A stretch of DNA of 64,000 bases from the human T2T-CHM13v2.0 reference genome, Homo sapiens. Shown here piece by piece: positions 40,563-60,226 of the stretch. Where the stretch lies: the NCBI GenBank assembly GCA_009914755.4, contig CP068257.2, positions 42,144,001-42,208,000 of the forward strand, in the 5' to 3' direction. Made by a program: the position numbers and the translations under genes. Under the pieces are notes generated by a model that searched no databases, was not told the origin of the DNA, and saw only the letters and a program-made list of their open reading frames with translations. Position 1 is the first letter of the stretch, and each line of letters opens with the position of its first letter.

Positions 40563-41763
40563 GAAACCACAAACAACGCCCCCCCCCACCCCCAAAACAC
40601 CTGTACTCAAGTGTCAAGATTTGATAAAACTGATACTTCCAGGCCATCAAGCACGTCAGGTGTTTGGTGATGAAGGATCCGATGTCCATTAGTAGAGCTT
40701 GGGGCCATGGCCTTGATTTGTGCTAAGACACCAGCAGTTTAAAAGCACACTGTGGTAAAATACACATTTACCATCCTGCCCATGTTTAGGGGTCCCATTC
40801 GGTGGCACTAAGAGCACCCACATTGCTGTGCAACTTCACCACCCCGGAGCTGCTTCAGCTTTCCAAACTGGAACTCCGTCCCCATGAAACACTCCCTCCC
40901 CACCCCCCGCCAGCACCTACGCTTCACCTGCTGTCTGTGTGGGTCAGACTCCTCTAGGGACCTAAGTGGGGTCACACAGCATTTGGCTCTCGTGCCTGGC
41001 TTCTTTGAGCGTAATGTCCCCACATGTCAGAATTGCCGGCACCCCCGGCTTTACCTGCCATTGCTTCTGTACCATCGACAGTGCAAATGTGAGTCCCATA
41101 ACAAAACATCTCGAGGAACATCTCAGTCTTGCCATGAAAATAGTTCGGATCTCCCAGACCCCCCAGGGCATCAGATGAGTCCACACAGGAGAACCCCACA
41201 CCCCGTGGCCTCTACCCGCAGACACAACTGAGGTTATCACCACACTTCTACTCAAACGGGAACATTCTCCACAAAGCCACAGTGCTGGCGCCACACTGAG
41301 GAAATTCACAGCAGTGTCTTTCTGTTGGAGCCCAATATCCAGTCCACACTCAGGCTCCCAGCTGAGCCAGCGTGTCACACGCGGTGTTCTTCCAAACCAG
41401 CGCCAAGACTCACGCTCTCCTTGGCCGCGGGTTTCTTGTCCCTGTTGTGGCAGAAGCCCCCAGCCCTCCCCACTTTTCCTCCTCCGTGACAGTTTGAGGA
41501 CACTGACTCGGAAGAGAAGGCACACCCAGGGCACAGCCCTCCCCAGTGCTCCTGAAACAGGCAGTGCTGTCTACAGCAGGCGTCTCGGCAGCGTGGAGAC
41601 AGAAGTCACCTGGCTGCCGGCTTCCATCTCGGATTTGGTGCTGCTTTGGGTGATGGACGTGGAGAGGGAACCCCAGTGTCAGCGGTGCCTGTGACCCTCA
41701 GGCAACGTGAAACGCAGCTGCTTCCACATGCCAGGAAGGCTGTTAGAAAATCCTGCATGTCTG

Positions 41764-42080
<317 letters not shown>

Positions 42081-42660
42081 TCACTGCCGTCGCCGCCAGG
42101 AGTCACTCAGTGGTCATTGGACTGTGCCCCAGCGGTGGGATCAGCTTCCCATGGGTGGCCGCCGGCACCAGGCTGGTTGGTCACCGCAAACCCACACTGC
42201 CTTCCCACGCCAGCTCAGGAGCCGACGTTGCTTCTCGGTGTCCTCAGCCACAGCCCTTGTTCATCAGACACGAAGGGAGCTCACCAAGGACCACCCAATG
42301 GTGCAGAGTTCTTATCCAGCCACATAACGGCCTTCACACAGCTGCCCTTCAGGAAACAATATTTAACTCTAACCTGCCTATGTGTGCATGCACTGTCTTG
42401 TTATTAAATGCGCCAACATATTACTTTAATATTTCGATAACTTTTTCACTTTAATTGGTTTTCTTTGCAATCAGATGTGTTTTATCTTACGGATTTGTCA
42501 ACATCATTTGAGAAGAAGTCCATAGGCTCAGCAGATTTTTATGCCAGGTGGGCCATGGCATAAAAATGTGAAGAATGTGCTCACTTAGACAATACGTGTG
42601 CTAAAATTGGAACAATACAGAGAAGATTAGCAAATTAAAACAATGTTAGGAAGTCAGTGT

Positions 42661-42960
42661 GGTGAGGTACGGTGCCTCATGCCTGTAATCCCAGCACTTT
42701 GGGAGGCCGAGATGGAAGGACTGCTTGAGACCAAGAGGTTGTGACCAGCCTGGACAACAGAGGAGACCCTGTCTCTGCTAAAAATAAAAAATTAGCTGGG
42801 TGTGGTGGTGCATGCCTGCAGTTCCAGCTACTTAGGAGGCTGAGGTGGGAGGATCGCTTGAGCCCAGGAATTTGAGGCTGCAGTGAGTTATGACCGCACC
42901 ACTGCACTCCAGCCTGGGCGACAGAGCGAGACCCTGTCTCAAAAAACAAACACAAAACAA
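42661..42960 (+). mobile_element. Alu SINE
   Basis: ggtgaggtacggtgcctcatgcctgtaatcccagcactttgggaggccgagatggaaggactgcttgag... Confidence 0.9.
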
Positions 42961-43438
42961 ACCCCAACAACCTTGGTCTGGAGGATCCATCCAGGTCAAA
43001 ACGTGTGCAGGGTCCTGTGGAGGATCTGGGGGTTCACGCTGCCCTCATGTGAGGCCACGGTGTGGATCATCCCATGGGTGGGGACACCAAATGGACCGCT
43101 TGGTGGGGGTGGTGACCTTGAGAGCTCTCTTTTGTGAGGGTCCTTGGCAGTGAGCAAGTCGCCGGCTCAGCAGCACCACAGACGCGGCTTTCCCACACAC
43201 CCCCAGGGTTTCGGCAGCCAGTGTTCACCCCTGCCTGAATCAGCCGTTCCCCGAGGGGGCTGGTGTCTGGAGACGTTCTCAGTCGGCTGTTCCTGCCACA
43301 CTTCTTAGCTGACATTTTCTGTAAGGAGAAGCTGTTCCTCATTAACTAGAAAAGGCCGGTGACTGGTGATCACTTTCCTTTCAAAGCCAATCTTCAGAGG
43401 GAGGGATTCGCAGGATGTCATCTCTGGGTGACAAATGA

Positions 43439-43789
<351 letters not shown>

Positions 43790-44890
43790 TAGTACTAGTT
43801 TACGATCAAAATAATCGATTGCTCTTTTTAATGTTCCAAATGACCCACACTTGGCCAGTGGGAGCCCCTGGCGGCCCAGCTGTCCACCCTGCCGGACGTG
43901 GGTAAGTGTCCTCACCTCTGGCATGACCAGGTGCCAGGCACACTAGGACCTCAACTGCCCCACCCTGGAGCTAGCCCCTTCTCCGAAGAGAGTGTCCCAC
44001 CAACCTGAGTGGCAGGGCGTGAAAGCATGGCCCTCCTGCAGGCACAGAACGCAGCCTCCCTCTGCCTCAAGCTGTCCTGTGTGGCCGTTTCCCTCTCTCT
44101 CATCGACCCTTCCAGGCCCAGGATTTTCGGGGGGCCTAGAGCGTACGCGCTTTCCATTTTTAAGGCTTCTTTTCCCATATGCTGCATGAGGTGCCCTCCT
44201 CGGACATCCAAGGCCCTGCCAAGGGTTTCCAACACGTGTCCATGACAAAACACCAGGTCCTTCTCCTCCCCTCACCCTGTGCCCCCACAAGTCCATCAGT
44301 AAGTCATGCTAGCCCCACCTGGACGATGTTTCCAGCATCTGACCTGCCCTCCAGGCTGCCCTCACCCAGGCCTGCATGCTCCCTGCGCCCCCATCCCCAG
44401 TGCACATGGCTCCCTGTAGCCCTGTGACTTTGCAGATAAGGCTATGTCTCTGAGTCCCTCGTCACCAATGAGGCAGCTGTGGGCAACGGGGAAGGCAGGC
44501 AACTTGGCCTCCCGAGCAGGTGACATGTGAGGTTGGCAGCAGCTCCCAGGGAGTCACCGCGGCAGGGACTCCCAAGGTTCCTGAGAGTGCTTGAGAGCTG
44601 TCACCTCGCTCCTGGCCTTCCTTAGGGTCCTGTCCAGCAGCTGCGAGAGGCTTTGAGCACCTGCGTCTGAACCCTTCTCCTCGGAACACCTGGAGTGGCT
44701 TCCACTCTCTGGGCCAGATCTGACTGATAGCCCCAGACAGCCCTTCCCTGCACAGGGTCAGGGGCAGTGGAGATGACCCCTTCCCGGGGCCTCCCTGTGA
44801 CTGGCAGGAAATGTCAGCGACCACCGGCCACCTTCCCACTTGACTCATACCTTAGTTTTCCATCATGACTGTTTCAATGGTGATTTATAA

Positions 44891-45202
<312 letters not shown>

Positions 45203-45509
45203 AGATGCCAGATTGTTTTTTTAAAAAAGCGTGTGACAGTTCCTCAAAAGCTTAAACATATGAAACATGGAGTTGTCATGTGACACAGCAATTCCGCTCC
45301 TAGGACAGACCCAGAATACTGAAATCAGGGACTCAAAGAGATGCTTGCCCCAAGAGGCTTAGAGTGGCACTCACAATGCCAAAAGCTGGAATCAATCCAG
45401 GGTTCCTTGACAAACAAATGGGCAAACTTAGAGTGGCACCCGGCCTGCTGAACATATTTTGGCTCCTGTGCGGGCTGCATCTTTTGTCAGTGGGTGTCTA
45501 TCACCCATA

Positions 45510-45590
45510 TAATCTCTGGCACTGCACTCCAGCCTGGGCGATAGAGCAAGGCTCCATCTCAAAACAAACAAACAAACAAACAAACTAGAA
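45510..45590 (+). mobile_element. Alu 3' fragment with (CAAA)n tail
   Basis: ctggcactgcactccagcctgggcgatagagcaaggctccatctcaaaacaaacaaacaaac. Confidence 0.8.
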
Positions 45591-48039
45591 AAGGTGCCAA
45601 AAAAGAAACAGTGCCAAGAAGAGGAAGGAGCGATGGAATTGCTGTGGTAGGCCCTTAGACACAAGTGATGGGCAGTGATCTTGTTTCAGGGTGGAACATG
45701 CTGCGTTGAAGATGTGCATTGTATCACTTGGCAGACAGGGAGAGGAGGGAAAGCAATTTGAGCTCAGCAAGCTCGTCCCCACCGTGGACACTGGCTGGGC
45801 TAGAGGAGAGGAGCCTGCAGAGGGCCCATTGGGTCTGGGGTTGGGGAGGTGTCTCTACTGGGTGCACCCCCCATTTCACTTCCTTCCTTCTGCCAGGCTG
45901 GGGGTCCACATACTGTGCTGATTTTCGAGGCCACCCTCAGCATTCCGTTCGGCGATAGGCCGAGATGTCTAAGCGGGCCAGCGCCTCCCCGCCCTGCAGA
46001 GGAGCCTGCGTACACCCAGGAACGCCCGTCACCTCCCCGCCCTGCAGGGGAGCCTGTGTACACCCAGGAGCACCCATCGCCTCGCAGCCTGCTTGGGGGC
46101 TGTCTGGTGCCATCGTCTACGGTGGCATTGGGTTCTTGGGGCACAGCAGGAGGGTCTCAGAGCTCAGAGCCTGTGTCTGCTGGGGCTGCGTCTCTCAAGG
46201 CGCCCATAGCGGTCAGCCCTTCCTGTTGCGGCTTCCATGTGGCCAGGCCGAGTCTCCAACGTCTCATTCAGAGGAGGGATTGGTGCAGCCGCCGCGCTCA
46301 CAATCTTGCCCCTCAATGAGCAGCTTTGGTGAATCATCTCTGAAAAGACTGAATTTTGCTGAATTATTTAAAGCAAGCGCATCCATGAGAAGGAACTGCT
46401 TGCTGGGGCCTCAGGCCTCGCTGTGAGCTGTTCACCAGGAGGGAGCTGGCTGGGCAGGGGGTATGAAGGCCGCAGGTGTGAAGGTAGAGTCATTACCAGG
46501 CAGGGGCAGTGTGACCCAGCTGGGCAGAGAGCGCTGGCCTGTCTCAGAGGTGAGCTCACAGGTCTGGAAATGGTCTGAATAGAAAGGATTGGTCTCCGGA
46601 GGAAAGCATACTCTTCCTATTACCAGAACCCTGTGGGGTTTTTATTGATATTTCACTGGATTACAAATGTTGAAAATGTTGCAAAATGAACATCCTGGTA
46701 ACTCAAGTATTTCATGGACCCTCACAAACCTCTGCGGACGCTGTTGGACTGGACCCCAAACCACAACGGGGCCCTGGTAGAGGAACTGCAGGAAAAGCAG
46801 GTTTCCTATAAGGAAAGACAAGAGGAAGCTCATTCTCCACACCCAGACCACTGGGCGTGGTGTTTGGGGAGCCCTTTGGGGAGCTGTAACGGGGCGTGGA
46901 GACCTTCTCCATTGCGCCCCCGACCAGGGCCGGGCCTGGCTGTGACTCCGGGGCGGGCAGTGATGCCATCTGTCTTCTGCAGAGGAGAACGCTGGGACCC
47001 CCTGGAGCACCTTTCAAGAACGACTCCAAAGCCGGATATTTGCAGTGGGAGGAGAGGAAGGGAGTGCCCGGCTGTGTCTTCTTCATCCCCCTGAACACAG
47101 GAGGGGGCAGCCTGGCTGAAGGCCTGACCCCTGGGGGGAAAGCGCACCTGGTGAAAAACTGTTCTCTGACTGATGTGATGATGAAAACGAATGGCAGGTC
47201 CTTCTCATACCGCAACGTGGAAAGAAGGCCCTGGAAGCGCCACTGCTTGGCTCCAGCGCCCCAGCTCATTCGGAGCAAGCTGTGGCCCACAGGGAGCCCC
47301 TGGAGGATCTGCTGGCTTCCTTAACGAAGCAATGCTCTGAGCGCCAGGGTGGGGACGGGGTCTCCCTCAGCATCTTCAGGAAGGAAACAAGCAGTGCCTT
47401 TCCCTGTGGGCCAAGTTCCAGGCCCTACCCCTCCCTGAAGGGCAAGGGGCATTGGGGGACAAGAGATGGACCTCCTGGGGACACATCCTTTCCCAGGCCA
47501 GCCTGAGCTCCAGAGTTTGATTTTATTAAGGGAGTCAGAAGGGGGCCCGTACAGACAGACCTTCGTGGGACCACTATGGCCCAGACACCATGGCCACAGT
47601 CCACCACCAAGAAGAGGGCAGGATCAGGAGGCACAGGGACTCAAGCCCTCCAGACGCAGCAGTCCCGGCCATCTCCTCACCCTGGTCCCTCACCCCAGCC
47701 CCACAGGATGACCATCACTGGCCACACACAGCTGAGGAGCTAGGACCCCACCTGGGCCAAACCCTGACGGGGGTGGCGGTCACCAGACATCAACATGAGA
47801 GGGAGATGGGGAGAGAGAGAAAGAGGCAGTGGGGAGGAGAGAGAGGATATCTTGGAATTTAATACTATTCAATGTTCAAAAACCAAGCATCAGGGATAGA
47901 CACTTTCAGAATGTCAGAGTAGGGCCCCTCCAAATCTGTTTCTCCATAAAAGCAATGAGAATACTGGCAAAAATTATAAAAGTGAACTCTTTCAGAACTC
48001 TGGAAATTCACCAAAGGGTTGCAACCCTCTGAGGAGCAT

Positions 48040-48238
48040 CTCTACTAAAAAATACAACAAATTAGCCAGGCGTGGTGGCGGGCACCTGTAGTCCCAGCTA
48101 CTCCGGAGGCTGAGGCAGGAGAATGGTGTGAACCCGGGAGGCAGAGCTTAAGCCAAGATTGTGCCGCTGCACTCCAGCCTGGGCAACAGAGCGAGACTCC
48201 ATCTCAAAACAAACAAACAAACAAACAAACAAAAAAAC
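48040..48238 (+). mobile_element. Alu right-arm fragment with (CAAA)n tail
   Basis: aaaaaatacaacaaattagccaggcgtggtggcgggcacctgtagtcccagctactccggaggctgaggcagg... Confidence 0.85.
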
Positions 48239-49180
48239 CGCTGAATCTCATTGGAACAATGAGTGTTGGGTCATTTTAGCTGTCACTGTTTCTATTCCCA
48301 CTACCCCTGCAGTAGCCTTGAAAACCAGCATCCTCGTACCCACTGGCCGACTAGGGTGGGTTTGGAGCTCCCAGAAGCCCCATCCCCTGATAATTGTCAC
48401 TATTTGACCCATCTGGCAGCGTCCTAGAAACACTCCCCCGCACCCCGCCCCACCACCACCCTTTGCAGGGCTTGTCTTTATTGACCTGACTCAGACCTTA
48501 CTTACTAGGAACAGCTTTTTCCCTGGGATGATTGTTGAGAACCATCCGTGGAAACTGCTTAACATCATACCTGCCTAGCTGGTGTTACCAGTAGGGGCAA
48601 ACAAGAAGACCAAAACCTTAAAAGGAAAAGCTGGGGAATGGGATGTCCACAGGGGGTCTGAAAGGCTGACATGTTCCTGGGAATCTAGAAATTAGAAATC
48701 ACTAATAGAAGAAAATTTGGGAAATTCACAAATATGTGGAAGTAACATACTCCTGAATCACCAATGAATCAAAGAGGAAATCACAAAATAAATTAGAAAA
48801 CACTTTGAGATGAATGAAAATAAAACCACAACATATCAAAATTTATGCAATACAGAAATGAAGTGGTTGGAGGAAAATTTATAGCTGTAAACACCTGCAT
48901 TAATAAAGAAAAAGGAAAAACAGTGAGATACCACTACATGTCCATTAGAATGGGGAAAAGCCAAAGCACTGACAACACCAAATGCTGGTGAGGACGTGGG
49001 GCCACAGGAACGCCCATTCATTGCTGGTGGGAATGCAAAATGGTGCAGCCACTTGGGAAGACAGTTTGGCAGCTTCTTACAAAAGTAAACACGCTCTTTC
49101 CGTAGGACCCGGCAATCACACTCTTCAGTATTTACCCAAATGAGCTGAAAACTTATATCCACACAAAAACCTGCACACAG

Positions 49181-49504
49181 GACTGGATGTAGTGGCTCAC
49201 ACCTGTAATCTCAGCACATTGGGAGGCCAAGGTGGGAGGATCGCTTGAGCCCAGGAGTTCAAGACCAGTCTGGGCAACAAAATGAGATCCCATCTCTACA
49301 AAAATTTTTAAAAATTATCCAAGTGTGGTGACACACACCTGTAGTCCCAGCTACTCAGGAGGTTGAGGTGGGAGAATGGCTTGAGTCCAGGAGTTCAAGG
49401 CTACAGTGAGCTATGATCACACCACTGCATGCCAGCCTGGGTGACAGAGAAAGACCCTGTCTCAAAAAAAACAAAACCAAACCAAAAAACCAACCAACCA
49501 AAAA
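49181..49504 (+). mobile_element. Alu SINE inserted in L1
   Basis: ggactggatgtagtggctcacacctgtaatctcagcacattgggaggccaaggtgggaggatcgcttgagcccaggag... Confidence 0.9.
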
Positions 49505-49808
49505 CCTACACCTGGATATTTATAGCAGCTTTACTCATAATTTCCAAAATTTGGAAGCAACCAAGATGTCCTTCTGTATGTGAATGGATAAATAAACAGC
49601 GATGCATCCAGACAGTGGGCTATTATTCAGCACTAAGAAGAAATGAGTTGTCAACTGTGAAGAGATACGGAGGAACTTCAGATGTGTATTGCCAGGTGGA
49701 AGAAGCCAGCCTGAAAATCCTACCTACTGGGCGATTCTGTATGGGAGGAAAAACCTTATCTCTACCCTCTTGGGGTCTTCGGCTGAGTCTAAGAATCAAA
49801 TTGACCTA

Positions 49809-50219
<411 letters not shown>

Positions 50220-50752
50220 CTAAATGTCTGTAGATTAGGCTGAGCAAAGAGAGGAAATTGTGGAAAAGTCACTAAAATATGTGAGGCGACCAAAGGAAGA
50301 CAAGAATTATTGTAACAAGATCTGTTTGTACAGATTTCTCTCTGCCTGGAATCCCCATCTCTGGTGATAAAAATGTTTCTTTCCTCCTGGTATAGGGAAC
50401 TGGGCTCTCGTATGGGAATTTAATCTCCTACTTTCAGGAAGAAAAGCGGGGGGTCTAAGCGTACTTCTTGCAGCTACTTTTATTTTTAGTGCCTTTAGCT
50501 AAAATAATTCTTATGCCATAGTGGCAGGTTTTTGGCTGGTATATTCCCTTCAATTCTGACTATATGATGTCTGGAAAAGACAAAACTATGAAGACAGTAA
50601 AAAGATCAGTGTTTGCCGGGGTAGGGGGAAGGAGGGATGAGTAAGCAGAGCACAGGGGACTTTTAGGGCCATGAAACACTCTGCGTGACACTGTAATGAT
50701 GGATCCACGCCAGGTGCATGTGTGAAAACCCACAGAATGTACACCACCAATA

Positions 50753-51416
<664 letters not shown>

Positions 51417-51841
51417 CACACGTTTTCATTCTTTGGGGGCCTTACCGAGGAGTGGAACTGTTGGTCATACAGCACCTCTATGTTGAACTTTTGAAGAGGC
51501 TGCTGCCCTGCTTACGGACGTGGTTGTACCATGGTGCATTCCTATCAGCGTCCCCTTCAAGGCTCTCTGTTGCCTGCCTGTTTTACTATAACCGTCTGAG
51601 TGGGTGTGAAGTGATAATTCATGGTAGTTTTCATTTGCGTTTCCTTAAGGTTACTGGTGTTGAACGTTTTTTCATGTGCTAATCGGCCACTCGTAGATCT
51701 TCTTTGGAGAGATGTGTCTTCAACCTCTTTGCTCGTTTTTTATTCAGAATATTTGTCTTTTTATTTATTGTTAAGATAATATTCTGGATATCAGTCCCTT
51801 ACTAGACGTATGATTTGCAAATATTTTCTTCATTACTATAG

Positions 51842-52791
<950 letters not shown>

Positions 52792-53062
52792 TTAACTTTG
52801 ATGGAGTCCAATCTGTCTATTTTTTTTCTTTGGTTGCGTGTGCTTTTGGTGTCATATCTAAGAAGCCATTGCCTAATCCAGCGTCACCGAGATTTATGCC
52901 TGTGTTTTCTTCTAAAAGTCTCATAGTTTTAGTCTTATACTTAGGTCTTTGATTTAAGCTAAATATTGTACATGGTGTGAGATAAGGGTCTAACTTTATT
53001 ATTTTGGATGTGGCTATTAAGCTGTCCCAGCACCATCTGTTGAAAAGACTATTCTTTCCTGA

Positions 53063-53386
<324 letters not shown>

Positions 53387-53781
53387 AATTGAGTGTTTTT
53401 GGAATGCTGTTTTGAAAATCGATTGACCATGTATGTAAGGGTTTATTCTTGAACTCTTCATTCTACCTCATTGATCTCTATGTCCATCCTTATGCCCAGT
53501 CCCCCAACTTTCTTCTTTTTCAAGACTGGTTATTCTGGATCTTTTGTATTTTCATATAAAATTTAAGGCAAGCTTTTCAATTTTTTTTTTTTTTTTTTTT
53601 AAAAGCAGCTGGGATTTTGATAGGAATTGAGTTGAATCTGCAGATCAACCTGGAAAGTATTGCCATCTTAGTAAGTATTCCCATCAATACTTAGAAAGTA
53701 TTGCCATCAATAGTAAGTCTTCTGATCTATAAACATGGGATATGTTTCCATTGACTTAGGTCTTTAAAAATGTTCTTTCAG

Positions 53782-54104
<323 letters not shown>

Positions 54105-54304
54105 TCAGTGTGCAGATCTTGCACATCTTTTGTTAAATTTATTCCTAAGTATTTTAATCTTTGTGATGCTATTGTGAACGGTTTCCTTAATTTGACTTTC
54201 TGATTGTTCATTACTATTTGTAGAAATGCAACATATTTTTGTATATTGATTGTGTTTCCTGCAGCCTTGCTAAATTCATTTATTCATCCTAATATTTGTT
54301 GATT

Positions 54305-54308
<4 letters not shown>

Positions 54309-54344
<36 letters not shown>
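54309..54344. repeat. (TG)n microsatellite, ~18 repeats, inside L1
   Basis: tgtgtgtg... run seen directly. Confidence 0.95.
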
Positions 54345-54345
<1 letters not shown>

Positions 54346-54687
54346 TCCTTATGATTTTCCATATATAAGACCATGTCATCTGTGAATAAAGATAGTGTTA
54401 CTTCCTTTTTAATCCAGATGCCTTTTATTTCTTTTCCTTGCTTGGTTGTTCTGGTTTGTCTCTAGTAGAATGTTGAACAGAAGTGGTAACAACAGAGATC
54501 CTTGTCTTATTCCTAATCTTGAGGGGAAAGCATTTAGTCTTTCATTATTAAGTATGATGTTAGCTGGATTTCATAAGTACCCGTTTTCACTTCAGGTTCA
54601 CTTTCAGTTTCAGGTTGAAGAAGCTTCCTTCTATTTCTAGTTTTTTTTTGTTTTACCATGAAAGGATGTTAAATTTTGTCAAATGCT

Positions 54688-55322
<635 letters not shown>

Positions 55323-55456
55323 AATTTTTAAATTTTTGGGTAGAGACAGGGTCTCACTATGTTGCCAGGCTGTTCTTGAACTCCTGGGCTCAAGCGATCC
55401 TCCAGCATCAGCCTCCCAAAGCACCGGGATTACGCTGTGAACTGCCATGCCCAGCC
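55323..55456 (-). mobile_element. Alu half (left-monomer) fragment, third of three
   Basis: tttttgggtagagacagggtctcactatgttgccaggctgttcttgaactcctgggctcaagcgatcctcc... Confidence 0.8.
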
Positions 55457-55984
55457 CTGGATTTTCATATCTTGAGTCAACTTGGCATTCTTGGAATAAA
55501 TCCCACTTAGTTGTGGTGTATAATTCTTTCTGTACTTTACTGGATCTGATTTGCTAGTGTTTTGTGGAGAATTTTTGTATCTATATTCATGACAGATGCT
55601 GGTTTGTATGTTTTTTTTTTTTTCTTTTTTCTTGTGATGTCTTTGCTTGGATTTAGCTTCGGGATAGAACTAGCCTCCTATAATGAGTTGGGAGTGTTCT
55701 CTAATTTTCTATTTTTTGGAAAAATTTGTGGAGGATTGGTATTAATTCTTTCTTAAGTGTTTGGTAGAAATTACCAATATAGTTATCTTGGCCTTGGTTT
55801 TTTTTTTTTTTGTATGTAGTTTTTAAAAAATATTACTAATTCAATTCCTTTACTTGTTACAAATCGATTAAGATTTTCTATTATTTCTTGAGTCAATGTG
55901 GTAGTTTGTATCTTTTTAGGAATTTGTCTATTTCATCTAAGTTATATAATTTGTTGGCATACAATTATTTATCTTATTTTCTTA

Positions 55985-56338
<354 letters not shown>

Positions 56339-56595
56339 TTATTTTAGTAACATGAATCTTCTTTCTTTTATTCTTGGTTAGTCTTACTAAAGGTTTATCA
56401 ATTTTGTTGATCTTTTCAAAGGACCAACTTTCAGTTTTGTTGATTTTCTCTTGTTTTTCTATTCTTTATTTCATTCATTTCCACACTAAATTTTAATATT
56501 TCCTTCCTTCCACTTTGGGTCTAGTTCGCTCTTTTATTCCCTTGTTTCTTAAGATGAAAGTTTATGGTTTTGCTTTGAGATCTTTCTTCTTTCAC

Positions 56596-56980
<385 letters not shown>

Positions 56981-57745
56981 CCTTCCCGAAGGATGCTAAA
57001 GAAAGACCCATCCTGCAGCTCTGTCCTTACAGAAGGACATCGAGGAATTACCCACTGGGGAGCTCTGTCCTTCCCGAAGGACGCTGAAGAATTAACCTCA
57101 GGTCTTCAAGAGGGAACCCGTCTAACAACCGTCGAGGAACCAAGGCCTCCCAGCAACCACGTGCGTGAGCTTGGCATGCGTCCTCCCTGTTGGGGCCTTC
57201 AGGGGACAGCAGCCCTAGCCCAGCCAACAGCCTGATGCAGCCTCACAAGAGACCCTGAGCCAGGATCTCCCACCACGCAGCTCCCCCGCTCTTGACTCAC
57301 AGAGACTGCGCTGACGACGTTTGCTGGTTTCAGCTTCTCAGTTTTGGAGTAATTTGTAACACAGCAATGGGTAATAAATACAGAGGGAGGAGAGAACACA
57401 GACCTGTGGAATTACCGTACACACTTTCTGAGGGTCCCTAAGCATCAGAGATATAAATCAAAGGCCTACCGTCCACTTTCACCCAATATGAAATTGCAGT
57501 AAAAAGTGGTATAAAGAGATAAAATGCACACATCTGCCACAGGGGTTCCGAGGACAAGCTGGTGGCCAGGGGAACCGGGGAGGGAGCCTGTGTTCCTAGC
57601 TCAGGAGTGTTTTTCGAGCACACATCTCTGAACTGGATTCTGAAACATGGTGGGATGTTGAGATGCAGATGGAAAGTCTTTCCAAATGCCAAGGTCACCA
57701 CAAGCCAAGGCCAACCAAGGATCAGATTGGGTATATTCTTAAGAA
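56981..57745. repeat. unclassified segment, possibly a solo-LTR-like element; contains a 2x ~30-bp motif (tgtccttcccgaaggaYgctRaagaa) and gggtAATAAAtac
   Basis: internal imperfect direct repeat and a polyA-signal-like motif seen directly; family not recognised. Confidence 0.25.
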
Positions 57746-57747
57746 TG

Positions 57748-58046
57748 GGCTGGGCGCAGTGGCTCACGCCTGTAATCCCAATGCTTTGGGGGGCCAAGGC
57801 GGGTGGATCACTTGAGTCCAGGAGTTTGAGACCAGCCTGGACAATATGGTGAAATCCCATCTCCACTAAAAATACAAAAAAATTAGTTGGATGTGGTGGC
57901 ATGGCTGTAATCCCAGCTACCCAAGAGGCTGAGGTGGGAGGATCACCTAAGCTAGGGAAATAGAGGCTATAGTGAGCCGTGATTGTGCCACCGTACTCCA
58001 ACCTGGGCGACAGGAGTAAAACCCTGTCTCAAAAAAAAAAAAAAAA
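57748..58046 (+). mobile_element. Alu SINE
   Basis: ggctgggcgcagtggctcacgcctgtaatcccaatgctttggggggccaaggcgggtggatcacttgag... Confidence 0.9.
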
Positions 58047-58094
58047 TGGCTGGTAATTTAACAAAGACATGTGCCCACTCTCTTTAAGCATTGT

Positions 58095-58318
58095 TTCAGC
58101 AGCCTCAACCTCCCTCGCTTAAGAGATCTTCCCAGCTCAGCCTCCTGAGAGTAGTTGGAACTATAGGCCCGGACCACCATGTCCAGCTAATTTTTTAAGT
58201 TTTTTATAGAGATGGGGTCTCGCTATGTTGCCCAGGCTGATCTTGAACTCCTGGCCTCACGTGATTCTCCTGTCTTGGCCACATCGTCGGGATTACAGGT
58301 GTGAGTCACTGCATATGG
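58095..58318 (-). mobile_element. Alu SINE, partial (poly-T end missing)
   Basis: ..ctcagcctcctgagagtagttggaactataggcccggaccaccatgtccagctaattttttaagttttttatagagatggggtctcgc... Confidence 0.8.
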
Positions 58319-58516
58319 TTGGGCTAAGCCATGTTTCTTAAACTTAATTGTTTCTTTGCCACCTTTATTAATATTTTTTCTTTTGCTAGGCCCATTTTAA
58401 AGTTAAGGAATGCTTTTTAATACAAGTATCCTATATATCTTAATTTGTTTAATTTTTAAGTTGATGGGCTAGCTTTTTAAAATGTTAGTTTTGCCCTAAA
58501 GAATAATATCCATCTA

Positions 58517-58940
<424 letters not shown>

Positions 58941-59827
58941 TTATGTTCTCTCACATTGCACGGCTTGGGCTTCCATCTGGTTCGGTTGTGTGGTCAGGAA
59001 CGTACAAGTCAGTCTCTGCCGCTGTTTTCTTTCCCACCTGCAAGTTGAGAGTGCTGAGACTGCCCTCTTAGCCTTGGGGTATTAAAGAGACCAGACAGGG
59101 AAGGGGCCCAGCGCAGCGCCCAGGACAGAACATGTGCTCGGCACTTAACCGCTGCTGCTACCAGCGGGATCGTCCTTGAGAGCGGTAGAATCCAATTTAG
59201 GGACAGGATTAGACAGAGTGTGGGCTTTGACTTGCACCCTCTACAAGAGTGTGGGGAGGGGACAGAGGCCAGATGGCCCCAGGCAGGGACGATGTGGCAG
59301 CATTGCTGTGTCCCCGTGGCCTGGTCCTGCATTTGCCGCCCGCGTCCTCTCTGCCTGAATCCTGTTCCTAGTGCCTGGTCGTCCCTCAGAGCTCTGCTGC
59401 GTTCCACCTGTTCACCAGACATCCTGGGCTCCAGTTTCCATCTGCCCTTGTGCTGCTCTGTCATGGCATTTTGTATCCTTTTATGATAGTCTTGACGACT
59501 GTGCACGTACCCGACAGGGCTCGGCCCTCTGGGGGGGTAGACGGACGCCACACTGAATCCATCTCTTGCCCGAGATGGTAGGATCCTGTCTAAAGCTGAT
59601 GAGGAGGTTGGGGGTGGGAAGAACATGGCTGGAAGAGCGTCCGGAGCCCACCCCTGTTATGGAGCGATAGAAGCCCCCCCTTTCTGTGGCCCCCACCCCA
59701 CCTTTATCCTCTCTAATGCAAAACTGTAAAGCAGTTAGGGTAATTTAGTCCAGCAGGTTCTGAAGTCTCACCCAGTTAGATGCTCCCTACAGTGTATTCC
59801 GTAAAATCACAATTCTCAGGGCCATGA

Positions 59828-60226
<399 letters not shown>

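Noticed and set aside
40962-41534. 190-aa minus-strand ORF in unique sequence between repeat clusters
   Set aside because: It has no recognisable motif, no splice-site context and no codon-bias signal that I can detect by eye. Treat it as a chance ORF unless blastx says otherwise.
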